Assembly (NCBI GenBank): GCA_002269645.1
Contig: NIVC01003134.1
Coordinates: 53,950-117,949 of the forward strand
Length of the DNA stretch: 64,000 nucleotides
Direction: 5' to 3'
DNA from: Macrostomum lignano
Lineage: Eukaryota
Under the pieces are notes generated by a model that was not told the origin of the DNA, did no database searches, and was given only the letters and a program-made list of their open reading frames with translations. The position numbers and the translations under genes are program-made. Numbering within the stretch: the first letter of the stretch is position 1; each line of letters opens with the position of its first letter. Shown here piece by piece: positions 12,971 to 61,202 of this stretch.

Positions 12971-13541
12971 GCTGAATTGCAAATAAATCGTCACCACCTG
13001 CAGAGAAGCTCAAAACATTTTCACCCTGCACTGCATCCCAATCTAGACAAACAAGTCAAAGGCATTAGGCCAGCGAATTACTTCATAGTTAAATATGAAT
13101 CGCATTCGGTGGTAAACACAAACGGGATAAAAACACATGCATTCGCTATGTCAATATTTCAGTCCGTTTTTTGAAAAATTTATGGCTCAGAGACAACCTC
13201 AGACATTGGTGACACATCTGATACAAGCAAGGCCTTAATTTGGGCATTGCACATCATTAACTACTATAGATAGCTTACAGTGTGGGTGACAGACTATGGG
13301 GGGGGCATCGTTTGGGTTCCATTAGCAATATCTGGAGAATCGATAAACTGAAGCTGCTATGCGCGGTCACCCCAAAAAATCGTTGCAATGCCAAAATCCA
13401 TTGGGTTGACTCAAATAAAAGATCTGTGTCATTAGGGAGGCATTGAAGGCTTGATAGCCTTCCCAATGACACATCTCTGCTTAACTAGTCAACTAAACTC
13501 TACTCAATCATCACCACTCAATCACTCACTCAATCAAACAC

Positions 13542-13700
13542 TATAGACTCAAGTCTACTCAGTCATCACCACAACTCTACCCAGACACAGTATAGACTCA
13601 AGTCTACTCAGTCATCACCACAACTCTACTCAAACACTATATAGACTCAAGTCTACTCAGTCATCACCACAACTCTACTCAAACACTATATAGACTCAAG
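13542..13700. repeat. 49-bp tandem repeat, ~3.3 copies
   Basis: TATAGACTC recurs at 13542, 13591, 13640 and 13689. Confidence 0.9.
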
Positions 13701-13950
13701 AAATAAACGCAAACAATACAAGGTGTTCTGCAGTTGATGCTTTTCAAACTTGCAAAGCTTTGCTCATATCTAGTCTATTTGCTCGTGGATTTAAAACTGG
13801 AGGATCGTTAACAGTCCTGATAAGATAAAAGTTTTGCGAGAAGCAAACGAGTTAACAGTTTTCAGATTTTATTTGACTTAAGAAAAGTCTGTCTAAATAT
13901 TCCAACGTGATTCTGGCTTATTCTGATGAGCTCAAACCAATTCAGCTGGC

Positions 13951-14724
13951 TCAGTTGAATGGCGACACGCACTCGCAGAGAACTTTGGAGACAGTTGCAA
14001 AAGCCTCACCTATATCGACTAACTTTTCAAGACTATGATAACGCGCAATAGCCTTCTCGAGGCCTACTCAGAGTGGGCCTTTTCCACTAGGCTCGCCCTC
14101 GTTCCACAGGCTGCCGTTCAGAGCAATATCGCAGGCAACCCAATGCCAGCCTTCTTTCGGGTCCGAACTTTCTACTTTCTTGTAGCCTCCAAGAAAAAAA
14201 GATTTACCAGAACTGCGACGACGGTGAATCTCGTTCACGTGGCTCATCTCGGTAGCGTCCACCACATCGGCCATGATCACCAGGCCGCTCTCCGACTCGC
14301 ACTTCTGTCTGCTCTGCTGCCAGTTGCCAGTCTCATTGAGCAGCTTGTACTTCACTCCGCACAGGTCGTCTCCGTAGCCAGACGGACACAGCGCGCCCGC
14401 CTCGAGTCCCGGCTGCTGCTTCACAAACACCCGGCCTCTCCTGGAGCAGCCGCAGTCCCTCACCGACTTGCTGCACTTGTCGAACACGAACAGCTGGCAC
14501 GGACCGTCAGCCAGGCTGAACGCCTGACAGCGCCGGTCGCTGCTGCACCAGAAGGCGCAGCCGGCCATCGAGGCAACGTCGGGGAGGCTCCGAACGAACT
14601 GGCGGTTGATGCAGAGGCTGCCGTTGATGCTCGAGTACGAAGCCACGTCAGCTGCCTGCGCAACTTTGAGCAGGAAGAGAAAAACAGAGAACTGCTGGGA
14701 GTTGCTCAGCCTCTTTGATGTCAT
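13951..14724 (-). CDS. Secreted PAN/apple + C-type lectin domain protein, intronless, with in-frame TGA at 14068-14070 (218 aa to the first stop; 257 codons if read through); possible pseudogene or recoded gene
   Basis: Hydrophobic N-terminus (FSVFLFLLKVAQA). PAN-type CAFWCSSDRRCQAFSLADGPCQLF. Long-form CTLD CPSGY...C...WQQSRQKC...FFLGG...WHW...WNEGEPS. After the TGA the frame continues VGL...LVDI...VLCECVSPFN* and supplies the terminal lectin strand. AATAAA on the minus strand at 13868-13873. Confidence 0.75.
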
Positions 14725-15404
14725 CTCGATAGTAGCCTAGGCTGCTGCAGAAATAACTTAAAATAAGCAGTCAACGAAATTGAAGCCCAAGTTTGACACT
14801 TTTTTAGGAATCCTTTTGATGGGAGAGTGCAGCTGCATTTTAGTCAGTATTGTTCTGCAATATATTTGGATTGTTGGGAATGTACAGTTCCTTTTGACTT
14901 TTTTGCTATTGACGATTGTCTCCCTGGCCAATGGGAAGTCGAACCTGATATTGCTACCTCTAACATGCTATGCTGACATTCAAGTTTGGGTTGCAGCATC
15001 CAATATTGGTTCTATGATCAAAGTTACAGAGTAAAATTACTTTTAAAAAAGAATTGTAGACATTCGTTTGTCCTCCACTAATAACTACTAATAGTAGCGA
15101 CCGCTTCAGTATCAAAGTTTTCTGTATCAACTATTGCTTTGCTGAAATCCCCTCAACTGCTAAAAACACTATCAACTACAAAAGCACCACTAAATTACGA
15201 ACAAAAGCAACTACCAGACCAACACTCGAAATAAAACGCCTAAAAGATTCTTACGTTAACTTAAAATTGTCTGCAGAGGGCACCAACATTTAGCCGGTAC
15301 CGGCAGCTCTTCTCCCTATCCACAAAGTCCCCGAAACCTTGTCTTCTAAGGTTACGTGACGGAAATGGTTTATCTCAATATACTATAAGATCATACTCAA
15401 CGCT

Positions 15405-15830
15405 AACACAACACAACACCTCAGCACTCCGCAACAACACAACACCACAGCACTCCACAACAACACAACACCTCAGCACTCCGCAACAACACAACACCTC
15501 AGCACTCCGCAACAACACAACACCTCAGCACTCCACAACAACAACACACCACAGCACTCCACAACAACAACACACCACAGCACTCCACAACAACACAACA
15601 CCTCAGCACTCCGCAACAACACAACACCTCAGCACTCCGCAACAACACACCACCTCAGCACTCCACAACAACACACTACAGCACTCCACAACAACACAAC
15701 ACCTCAGCACTCCGCAACAACACACCACCTCAGCACTCCACAACAACACACTACAGCACTCCACAACAACACACCACCTCAGCACTCCGCAACAACACAC
15801 ACCTGAGCACTCCGCAACAACACAACGCCA
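15405..15830. repeat. ~25-26-bp AC-rich tandem array (AACACAACACCTCAGCACTCCGCAAC)
   Basis: Directly visible, upstream of the lectin gene. Confidence 0.9.
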
Positions 15831-17121
15831 CCTCAGAAGTTAAGCCATTATCACTTGAAATGTGCATCATCTTACACTTGATTGCGACAACAGTACGGTA
15901 GAATGGAGTGTAATGCCTCTTCATTAGTGTATCTCAGTAGAATTATCACTAAGTGAATAAGCAACAAATGAAGCAATTTAGCGATTTCTAATTCCATTAT
16001 AACAATGACAAGAGAGCAGGCCAAAGCCCTAGCCCAGCATTTGAAAACGAAGACTTGACAGCAAAACAATTGTTGTCTTCTAGATGCAGCATATATTTAG
16101 CATGCACAATATGTTATATAGTAAAAAATTCAGCAAAGAATGTGTCTACCAATATATTTTTAAAGAGACTTCGACACTATGTTTTTGCTGAACTGATGGG
16201 TTGACTGTAAAGTACATCTTTTTGACTAGGCCAATTGAATGAAAATCTATTAATTGCCAAGCAAGTCTTCTTCAGCAGCTAAAAGTTCAGTCTAACAAAT
16301 TTATCAACGCATTAGAACACTGAGGTATTTATAATCGGGTAGAAAAGTTGGTTTTGAAAAGCAATTACGAGCTAGTTCGAATTGAAGAGACAAATTAGGA
16401 CACTAGTATAAATGGTTGAGTTAATGCCCAAAATCCAGCAGATATAGAATTAAGATTCGCTCACGTGGAGAATACAGAAGACAAATAAATGTATTTTGCT
16501 CACACACACTTGTACATGTATATTAATCAGTTAATTAACAATAACGCGATAATAACACAAATGACTAACACAAAATTTAAAGTAATCTTGTCCATGAACA
16601 TCCACCCCGATACGACAGAATGGAATGAACTTTTGACCGTTCAGACAGACTCTTCTCTGGTCGTTCTCATATGAGGTGTCTTTTTCCTGAAAAAAGAAGA
16701 TTTATTTTCTTCTTCTTTCTCCTTCCTACTCTCACTTTCTCCTCCCCTACAGACCAAAACCTGTTGGATACGACACGTCATAGCAATAATTGACATGCCT
16801 AAATAGAAGTACATTTAAAGTACAAAACCTGTGATTTTTATTTCTTGGAAACTGTAAAATTAAAAAGATATTAAATGACAGGGCAGTACGTTGCTCTCAT
16901 AGAAACTAAAAAATAGAATTATTACAGACTGCCTGACTAGAGACACGGATATCCGCCGCGAGTAGAACACAATAACAAATTTGACTAGAAAGTTTTGTAA
17001 AAAAACAAACTGCTACAGTAGCTTCGAAGTTTTCATAGAACACAAAAGATGTTGTTAACAGTTATGAGCAGTGTAGAGATATTACTGTTATAAATGTTAT
17101 AATTTACTGTTTATAAATGTT

Positions 17122-52186
<35,065 letters not shown>

Positions 52187-52488
52187 TTTCAAAATGCTCG
52201 ACAGTTTTCTGTCAGACTCAGATTGCTGTATATTCGGAAGACCCTGCAGTCCGTAGTTCGGTCTGGTCTCGTGAGGGCTTCTAGCAGGTCATGCCTGACA
52301 GCTTGACAAGGTGGGTAAGCCACCGAATGCTTCTTATTGAAGTTTCTTATATTTATTATTTTGACAGTTTCACTGGCAGCTGAAATTAATTTCGTATTGC
52401 TTCTTAATTAGCCAATTAATTATTAGCAGAACCTGATAGTAGGTTTTCTATTTAAAAGCATACAAAAGGCTTAGTAGCTGGTACTTAC

Positions 52489-52830
52489 TTTCTCTCTGCT
52501 CTTGTCTCTTTACTCCTGTGAGGGAACGGCCGGGAAAATCCCAACGAGCCGGTTGCGGGGTTGGTGAGGGAGGGAGAGAGTGGGGAGGCGGGGTTGGGCC
52601 GACAGAGACGACCGAGCCGAAAGACGAGCAACGGCGAATGGCAGCGAAAAACCAAAGGCGGCTTCAGGGGATTTCCAAAGGGTAGGCGGCGAGGAAAAAA
52701 TATGAGAGAGAGAGAGAGGGGGAGAGAGAGGGAGAACTGACAAACCCCATCCCGACCGGCCCAGCCAACCCACCAAAACCCCAAAACCAACACGCTTTCC
52801 CTTCGTCCCTCCCCTCCCTCTCAGTCAGTC
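52489..52830 (-). other. Putative non-coding first (5' UTR) exon / promoter region of FARP
   Basis: Strong minus-strand donor AA|GTAAGTAC at 52488 and a GC/GA-rich region upstream. The start of the exon is not defined. Confidence 0.3.
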
Positions 52831-55800
52831 AGTCTATATCGCTTCCTTTCCTCAGAGGAAATTCTTCCCCAACCCAAAAAAAGATGACGGCTAGCACCCT
52901 TGGCATATCCCCTTCAAACACACACACACACAAGGGGAGAGAGTTGTGTGCAAGAACTGGCGGGAGACGAGAGCCGCAGTCTTGTCTCCAAGATTACCAA
53001 GTGACCAGCCCCAGATACAAGAGTCTCCAGTCAGCAGTTGCCGTGCCGCAATGGTGGAGACAGTGAGTGTACCGAGGCACGCCTGATCAAACTGCGCGTG
53101 TAGCAGGAGCCACGTATTCCCATTTGCCTCGACCCCACCTCTCTCTCTCTCCCTCTTTCTTTAAGTCTTGGCTATTTCTTGGCAGGAGAAGAAAAAACTA
53201 ATGTGCGCATTCGGTCTTTTTGAAACAGCCAATAGCAACCCAAGTCAGCGCGGGCAGCAGCCAAGAAGCCCGGGCGGCCAAGTGCCAAGCAAGGAACTTG
53301 GCAGCAGGAGGAGTTCGCGTCCTCCCGCCCCCTGCTGTTTTCCTTAACCTTCCAACTGCGCCGGAGATTCTCTTAGATTCCCTCTTTCTATTTTCACTTT
53401 CCCAGAATCTGAAATACTAGTCCAATAGGCTCTGGGAAGTAAATTGCATTCCAGTCTCTTTCTACCAAGCTGTCTCTGGCTGGCTCTCTCTCTCTCTCTC
53501 TCTCTCTCGTCTGACTTGACGTTTGTTTGCTGAAATCTTTTCGGTTCCTGCCAAATCTCTGCATAATGTCATATCCTCTCCTTTTTCTAAGAAATCATCA
53601 CAAAAAAACTAGTGGTGCACTTTCAATTTGAACAAAAACGCAACTGATAAATACCGTAGGTATAGAGAAAATTGACCTATATTTTTTCACGACATAAAAT
53701 AGCTCTTTGCTATCTCAAACTTGGTAAAGCCACATTTGGACAATGTTGCCATTAAAAAATATTCAATGATTATGGTTAAACAAAGATTTGAGACATATTA
53801 GACACTGTTTATAAAAATGAAGCCACTTAACAACACATGCTAGAAATATTTGTTATAAATAGATATATGACACTATTTAGACAAATAGATATTAATAAAG
53901 CTTAAAAGTAAACAAATATTATTTAGTCTCATAATAGGAGTAAATAGTGGGTTCAAAAACAGTTTCTTCAAATAAAAAAATGACTATAAAGATTTTGTTT
54001 TTCAGATACTAGCTAACTTAAAACCTTAATGCTAGAATAGTTAACAATGTAGTTAGCAATAGTTAGATAAAGGAAAAGAAACATACGCCAACTATAAAAA
54101 AATTTAAGGGTTTTATCTTATAATAATTAATATCTTGACACATATGGTAAAATCTGAAATGAAATTAAGAAAAAGTTGATGTATTTTTTCTCAAAATATA
54201 TAAAGTATATGTTTTATTACAATGTAGATTTTATTTACATTTGCTATTTACATATATGCAAACAGAGGAGGTCAGACTGAAAAATATAAAAAACATTAAG
54301 TTCATCAATACGCTGGTAGAAAAACAGTCGCTGAGTTTAAGGCGTAATTTCTTGTTTAATTATATACTAGAAGACAAAATATAAATATTAGCTATTTTAA
54401 ATTTAAAACAAATTTTGTAAGGAGCATTATTTCATGATGACGAAGCTTGAATAAATCTGATAAATGATAATTCTTTCAGTCAAATATTATTACAACTATG
54501 AAAATTTAGGCTTTATATTCCTAGATTAATAAGTTAAAGCTTCAACATAACACTACTAAAGACTAAATTTTATGCCTGTTTTTCTTAGAAAGTTTGGAAA
54601 AAAAGAAATGATTTTATTAATATTATTAACTGATAAATATTTTAATTACTTTTTTATCGAGAATTTCCAACTTTGCGGTCAAGGATTAAAATGTTTGCTG
54701 ACATGTACGACAAATTAAGTCCGCGATGATTAAAATAATCAGTCAAATTAGCGCCACTTAAATTAACGATTCTAAGAAACGTTTAATAGCTAAACAAATA
54801 GTATCATAATTTTAACTTTATATTCTGCACAACTACTGTAACTTTATTTTCAGATTATTTTTACTTAATACTCTCGCCATACACGTTCTTTTAAAGCCTA
54901 GCTGATCTTCATTTAGAATTTTTTTAATTCAAATATTCAGTCACGCACGCTCAAGGCAAAGCGTAACCATATAGCTAAATGACAAATTCTCACATCTTCA
55001 TCCCCTAGCATTACCCTATTACAGCTATGAAAAAGGATCTGCTTTATTCATATGTGAATTTTTATAGATTCATGTAAATTTATACTTATCATGTACATGT
55101 ACGTTCGCGTACACTACATGCACTGCATGTCCATGTTGTATCTTATAATTTGTAGGCATGTAGTTGATATTCTGCACATTTCAACCTAAGAATACAAATA
55201 AATTTTTACTCTAACAGCTCTTATGATTTTAAAGTAGCGCAGCCATTGAAAAGGCAAATTCTCACGAATATCTCAGCTACGTGTAGAGTTGGTGGTCCTT
55301 TGTTTTAGCCTAAGCTTGCAAGGACTTCGATCTAGCCTAAAAACTTTCACCTGTTGTGAAAATTACATTTACATGTATTATGCGCTACACATCTACAAAG
55401 CAGCTAGTAGCGCTATAGGTCGTATAAATCGGTCGTGTTTCATTTGACGACATGCAATTGATTGAACTGTACGTCGATCAAATAGTAAAATAGTCGGCTT
55501 TCAAATAGTGACAATCAAATGTTTTAATTTGCTATGCTGTTTATAATAGTATACAACGAAAAATTCAATTTTTTAGTCAATTAGCATTTTTATATGTGCA
55601 TGAATTAAAAATGTTTTATCAACGCAGACTAATGTTTGATTATGTTAAGGAACATTAAAAAAACTGCGGGCAGCATATCAAACGTGAATACATAGACATG
55701 TAAACATGTACATGTCACATCGGGAAACATTAAACCAATCGATTTGAACAAGCTAGCCTGCATGCACATGTACTTCTGCCCCACATACAGCAATCCGACG

Positions 55801-56040
55801 TTTTCGACGTCTATGCACGGGCGTCGCTGGAAAATGAGCTAATTTTTATTGTAACGACATTAAGCCGACTTACGACTTCGATCGTTATCCGGCCATCGGC
55901 GTAATCCAAACATAACTATATATCAGCGACGCACATCAATTGCATGATCGGCGTCTATCGACATCGCGTTTGGGCTTCGGAATCGTGGACAGACGAGCGA
56001 CATCGGAAGATGCAAAAGACAACTCAGTGGCTAAAGTACT

Positions 56041-56290
56041 AATAATAATTGATTACACCTGCCCACGGACAGATGTGTAACCGACAGCTCGTCAGCCGCA
56101 GCTATTGCGCGGCGCATCTGAAGGCTGCGTTGGGCTTTCAGTCCAAGGACTGGGGGGTCGACGTACACAAATCCTCAAGTACCCTAGCTAATGCTGGCAC
56201 ACATTTTGCAGCTGGGTGAACTCTTGCTCAAGTACAAAAATTCTTCCGAGTGCGAACCCCCAACCCTTCAGTCTCTGTAGCTATGCGGAG
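56041..56290 (-). mobile_element. tRNA-headed CORE-like SINE, minus-strand copy
   Basis: Reverse complement of 56773-57070, with a deletion in the central domain and a degenerate head. Confidence 0.85.
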
Positions 56291-56772
56291 GCTAAAAATC
56301 TAGCTAAGTTATAATAAATGCGAGTCAAGAGTTCTGTTGATGATATTGCAATTATTTATCAATAACTGAAAAGCCACATGCTGTAAAATTTCCCGGAAGA
56401 GCCAACGCGTGAGAGCCAAACTTAACGCTCGGCAAAAACAGCTGAGCGATCAGTGAGCTGCAGTTTAACTACTGGTTATACACTGTGGGGACAGAAGGCT
56501 AAAGTTGCGCTTTTAACTAAAACAAATTAACTGACAGAAAAAGAAGGCTGCCAGGTCTGCGACAGAGTTGATTTATATAAGCCACTTCCGGATTCTACGC
56601 GCAGCTTGCAAATGTGCGAGTGTGAATGCCTGTTGTGGGCACTCGTGCGATATTGAGTGTAGAAAAACAACTGCTCGATTTTTTCCCATATATAACTTCC
56701 CATTCAATTGGGAATATACTGTAGTATACAGTACTAGGTATATAATATCTATAGTAGGGATCCATAGGGATT

Positions 56773-57070
56773 GAAGCTTATGTGGTTACAGCGTCGACTC
56801 ACGGGCTGAAAAGTCGGGGGTTCGATTCTCGACCACTCAGAATAATTTGTGTTTCTTGAGCAAGATACTTAACTCTGCATTGCTTCAGTTCACCCAGCTG
56901 TTACAATGGGTGCCAGCATTAGCTGGGGTAATTGAGGCTGTGTGTGGCGACCCCCAGTGCTTGGACTGAACAGCCGTACGCAGCCTTCAGATGCGCCGCG
57001 CAATAGCTGCGGCTGAGCTGTCGGTTGCACGTCTGGCCCATTAAGGGCAGGTGTAATCAATCATTACTAT
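56773..57070 (+). mobile_element. tRNA-headed CORE-like SINE, near full length (~300 bp)
   Basis: A box TGTGGTTACAGCG; B box GGTTCGATTCTC; central GTGTTTCTTGAGCAAGATACTTAACTCTGCATTGCTTCAGTTCACCCAGCTGTTACAATGGG; tail GGGCAGGTGTAATCAATCATTA. Confidence 0.85.
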
Positions 57071-57558
57071 CCATATTAACAAACAAAGCTTCACTGCATG
57101 AAACGAATTTTCAATCTTCGAATAGCCAAAAACATGTGCTCTATCAAAAGACGATAAAGTTAGCAATAAAAAAGTTTTTTGATGCTCCGTTTTACATGTA
57201 TTTTGGTTCATTTTATTCATTCTTTCAAGAGTGGCAATTGATGTGCAAAAACATCTGCTGATTGAATTGGGGGCTCCTAGCTGTTTTTGAGATAAAATGA
57301 TTGTATCAAGCTTCTTGCGTCATTGCCGAAATGATGCAGACAAGCAGGTGCAGCGGCTCAAGAGATGCCCGAAACCCGGCCGCATGGCTGATGCCACTGC
57401 TGCTGAATAACTCGTACACAATTTGATGCCTTTGCTAGTGTACTTGAATTTCTTCGTAACACCTGCGAACAAGCAAACCGCTCTCATGCACTGTGCTGTG
57501 CGTAGATTTCTTCGTGACTGTAAAAAAAAGATACCTACTGCTTTACTGTGGGTATCCA

Positions 57559-57824
57559 CTATACTAAAAATGGTTCGTCCATCTCTATAGGTATCATAGG
57601 TATGATCGATTTTAGAAAAAAAAATTCAAATCGAAAGAGCTGCTTGACCTTTGCAAAAAAGCCCTTTAGCATCGAGCAATTTCTTAGCCACGATGCATGG
57701 ATCATCACTGAAAAAATTCTGATCGAACAGTGCAAGTTCGAAGAAAATCGGTTGAGCCGTTTTTGCTAAAATCGATCACATACCCACACACCTACCGAGT
57801 ACCGACAGACCATTTTCAGTATAG
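57559..57824 (+). mobile_element. Non-autonomous DINE-1/Helentron-like (or MITE) element, copy 2, 266 bp
   Basis: 16-bp inverted ends CTATACTAAAAATGGT / ACCATTTTCAGTATAG (1 mismatch); internal stem-loop CGGTTGAGCCG; AC-rich tract; homologous to 5905-6123. Confidence 0.7.
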
Positions 57825-58828
57825 AAAAAAAATATGGCTCATCAGATTCTCATCAAATTCAAACCTTTTGCACCCTTCGATCGGAAATACTCCCGTGACG
57901 GTATACACGTGTCGAAGCTTCACGTAAAACATAAAAAGCGTCATGTAAAAAATAAAAAGACGTCATTTCAAACATAATAGAAGCGTTTTAGGGAGAATTG
58001 CCGACATGTCTGAGATTGTTGGGACGCTGATTGCTAGTTGTAAACAGGTTTTCTAGACTTGCAAGCATTTTATCTATCGACCAAGTTTGTCTATGGCAAA
58101 CTCTATTCAATAACGCAATGTAAAAAAGGCAGACTGTATTTTTATGTATTGCCAATCTTGAATCTTCAATAAATTTTCGGTCGGGTAAATCTTTGATTTA
58201 ACCTTAGACCAACAATATACGTGGATGACACGTGAAAGCTTCCTTTCTTGCAAGAATTATCCAAATATACACTAGCCATACGACAAATAAAAGTTCTCTA
58301 CCGGGGTCTAGCTCATTTCTAAGAAAACCCAATGTCTTACTTCAGTTGTCCATGACTCTGAGTCGTAAAATCAAGCGCTTTCATGACACGCACACCGTCT
58401 TAGAATATAAAATATTCAAAAATCTTCAAGAATTAATTTTGATCAACCTCACGCTGCTTCAGCTGGCTTGTAACATTTTTTGAAGAAGTAATAAAGGTCA
58501 CTTTGCAACAGAAATTTCCTTCTTCAAGACGGATGCGAGTGACACGGCGAAATGCTCTGGGCATACTCAAACACACTCCAGAGTTCAAAAAGCGTTCTAC
58601 AAGGGCAATGGGAATGTAGAATTTTTGCTTTTAAAGGCATTCCTAATTAGAGAAACGTGTAACTCAAATTAATAGACAGGACGGCTGGCAAGCAGACCGT
58701 TTGATGTCTCAGATAATTTCAGTTACATTGTACTTTACGGAGAATTGATCTGGCTCTGAGCATACGGGTGCTCAGAGTTCTTAATTAATTGAATCCCAGC
58801 TAGCTAAGGGTCCGACTGGTCCTGGTCT

Positions 58829-59130
58829 GTGGGATCATCCTCCACTCTGACAGTCAAGCGGCTATGCATATATGAAAGTGTCTGCTGCATCAGGCATCAC
58901 AACTGCTTAGACGGCTCTAACAAGGGTGTCTCTAAGGTGGAACCCCGAAAGAAAATCCGCATAGAGGATTGCCCATTCTGCCTCTCCGGTGTTGAGAATG
59001 CAAAGAACGTTATCTGTGAATGCCTAGCCTTTACTTAGGACAGGCTCACCTATCCGAAGGGGGACCCCGCTGCGGACGACTTTGCCGCACGATAGCAACT
59101 AGCCGGAATTTCGGCTTGCAACGCGCCAAC
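58829..59130 (+). mobile_element. Decayed non-LTR retrotransposon ORF2 C-terminal (zinc-knuckle) fragment
   Basis: ...CPFCLSGVENAKNVICECLAFT*DRLTY (Cys-X2-Cys...Cys with His lost). The DNA CCTCTCCGGTGTTGAGAATGC is shared with 63602-63930. Confidence 0.5.
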
Positions 59131-59709
59131 TAGGCGCGTCGCCACCGGGGGGAGACAGGGGGGAAATGTCCCCTACCCCAGTAAAAGTTATGGGGGGGAC
59201 ATGCCAATACTTTGTCCCCCACCCCATCTTGTGTCTCGTTGTGGTAATCAATAATTTTTTTCAGGGCGGCAAAATACAGCGCCTTCTGCGCTAAATGAGT
59301 GCCTGCGGCGCTAAAATGAGTGCCTGCGGCGCTAAAATGAGTGCCTGCAGCGCTAAAATGAGTACCTGCGGCGCTAAAATGAGTGCCTGCGGCGCTAAAA
59401 TGAGTGCCTTCTGAGCTAAAATGAGTACCTGCGGCGCTAAAATGAGTGCCTTCGGCGCTAAAATGAGTGCCTTCTGAGCTAAAATGAGTGCCTTCGGCGC
59501 TAACATGAGTGCCTGCGGCGCTAACATGAGTACCTGCGGCGCTAAAATGAGTGCCTGCGGCGCTAAAATGAGTGCCTGCGGCGCTAAAATGAGCGCTGAC
59601 AACACGATTCTCAAAATAATGGAAATTTAGAAATTTAGTTATGTACATGTACATGGTGAATTCTTGGCTTTGTCCCCCCCCCACCATAAAATCCATGGCG
59701 ACGCCCCTG
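59131..59709 (+). mobile_element. hAT-type MITE with 8-bp TSD and internal 21-bp tandem array
   Basis: TIRs TAGGCGCGTCGCCA / TGGCGACGCCCCTG; flanks GCGCCAAC (59123-59130) and GCACCAAC (59710-59717); ~14-15 units of AAAATGAGTGCCTGCGGCGCT at ~59293-59600. Confidence 0.88.
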
Positions 59710-60457
59710 GCACCAACAGTCCTCCCGGCAAACTAAATCTGTACAAAAAGTGATCCCAGCCATAAAAAAATGGTACAAGGATAGGACAGGATACCTGATA
59801 CCCTAAGCATGTGCAGGCCAAGGCAGTGAGAGGCATAGTTACAACTTCCTGACTTACTATAGTCGTGAAGTGCTTCCAGCCGAAGCACCAATAAAAATTT
59901 GCCTCGTGCCCGAAGTTCCTCGGCCGCGCACTTGTTTGAAGGGATAACAAGTAGGTCTAGCCCCTTACTCCCTCAGTCTTCCTCTGTATGTTCATATATA
60001 TATATATAGCTCTGATAGAAAGTAAGCGAGATATGCATAGCCAGAAAAGATCCGGTGACCCCTAGCTATCTCCGTTTTACACTCTCTTCCCTTGCACCGT
60101 AAAGCGCATCCGCGATCTACGCTGCTCTCTTGAAGTCACTCTTTCACTCCTCGTACGAGTATGGCCACCACTATATAAGCGCTTTCTGCATTAAGGCAAA
60201 ATTGAAAAGGCAAACCGCTAGAACAAAGTCGGCTGCATTGGGGTGTGTTTTTGGCCCGGGGCACGCTTCATTGCCTCGACATTTATCTCCCTTGGGGAAC
60301 TGATCAGGAGCTAGCAGCTCCTCGCGCAGCTTGGACTGTACTTTCACTGATGGATTATTTGGTTCAATAAAATTTCGTCAACTGAATTAAAACGACGAAG
60401 CTATTGGTTATCATATTTTGACCACTCATTCCTAAGCCCAAGGATAGATACATATCC

Positions 60458-61202
<745 letters not shown>

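Noticed and set aside
13725-13767. SECIS-like ATGA-N12-AA downstream of the lectin gene
   Set aside because: The 12-mer GCAAAGCTTTGC is self-complementary and has no matching 3' helix/GA quartet, and it lies beyond the first AATAAA.
13921-13950. CTGATGAG hammerhead-like core
   Set aside because: No GAAA after a stem II (reads CTC-AAA) and no stem I/III pairing.
14035-14718. 227-aa plus-strand ORF
   Set aside because: Antisense shadow of the GC-rich lectin CDS; the same applies to the plus-strand ORFs over FARP exon 11 and to 62158-62676 opposite the GPCR.
59097-59115. Hairpin followed by CTAG on the minus strand (possible Helitron end)
   Set aside because: Only a 4-bp stem with no spacer before CTAG, and it lies within a LINE remnant.
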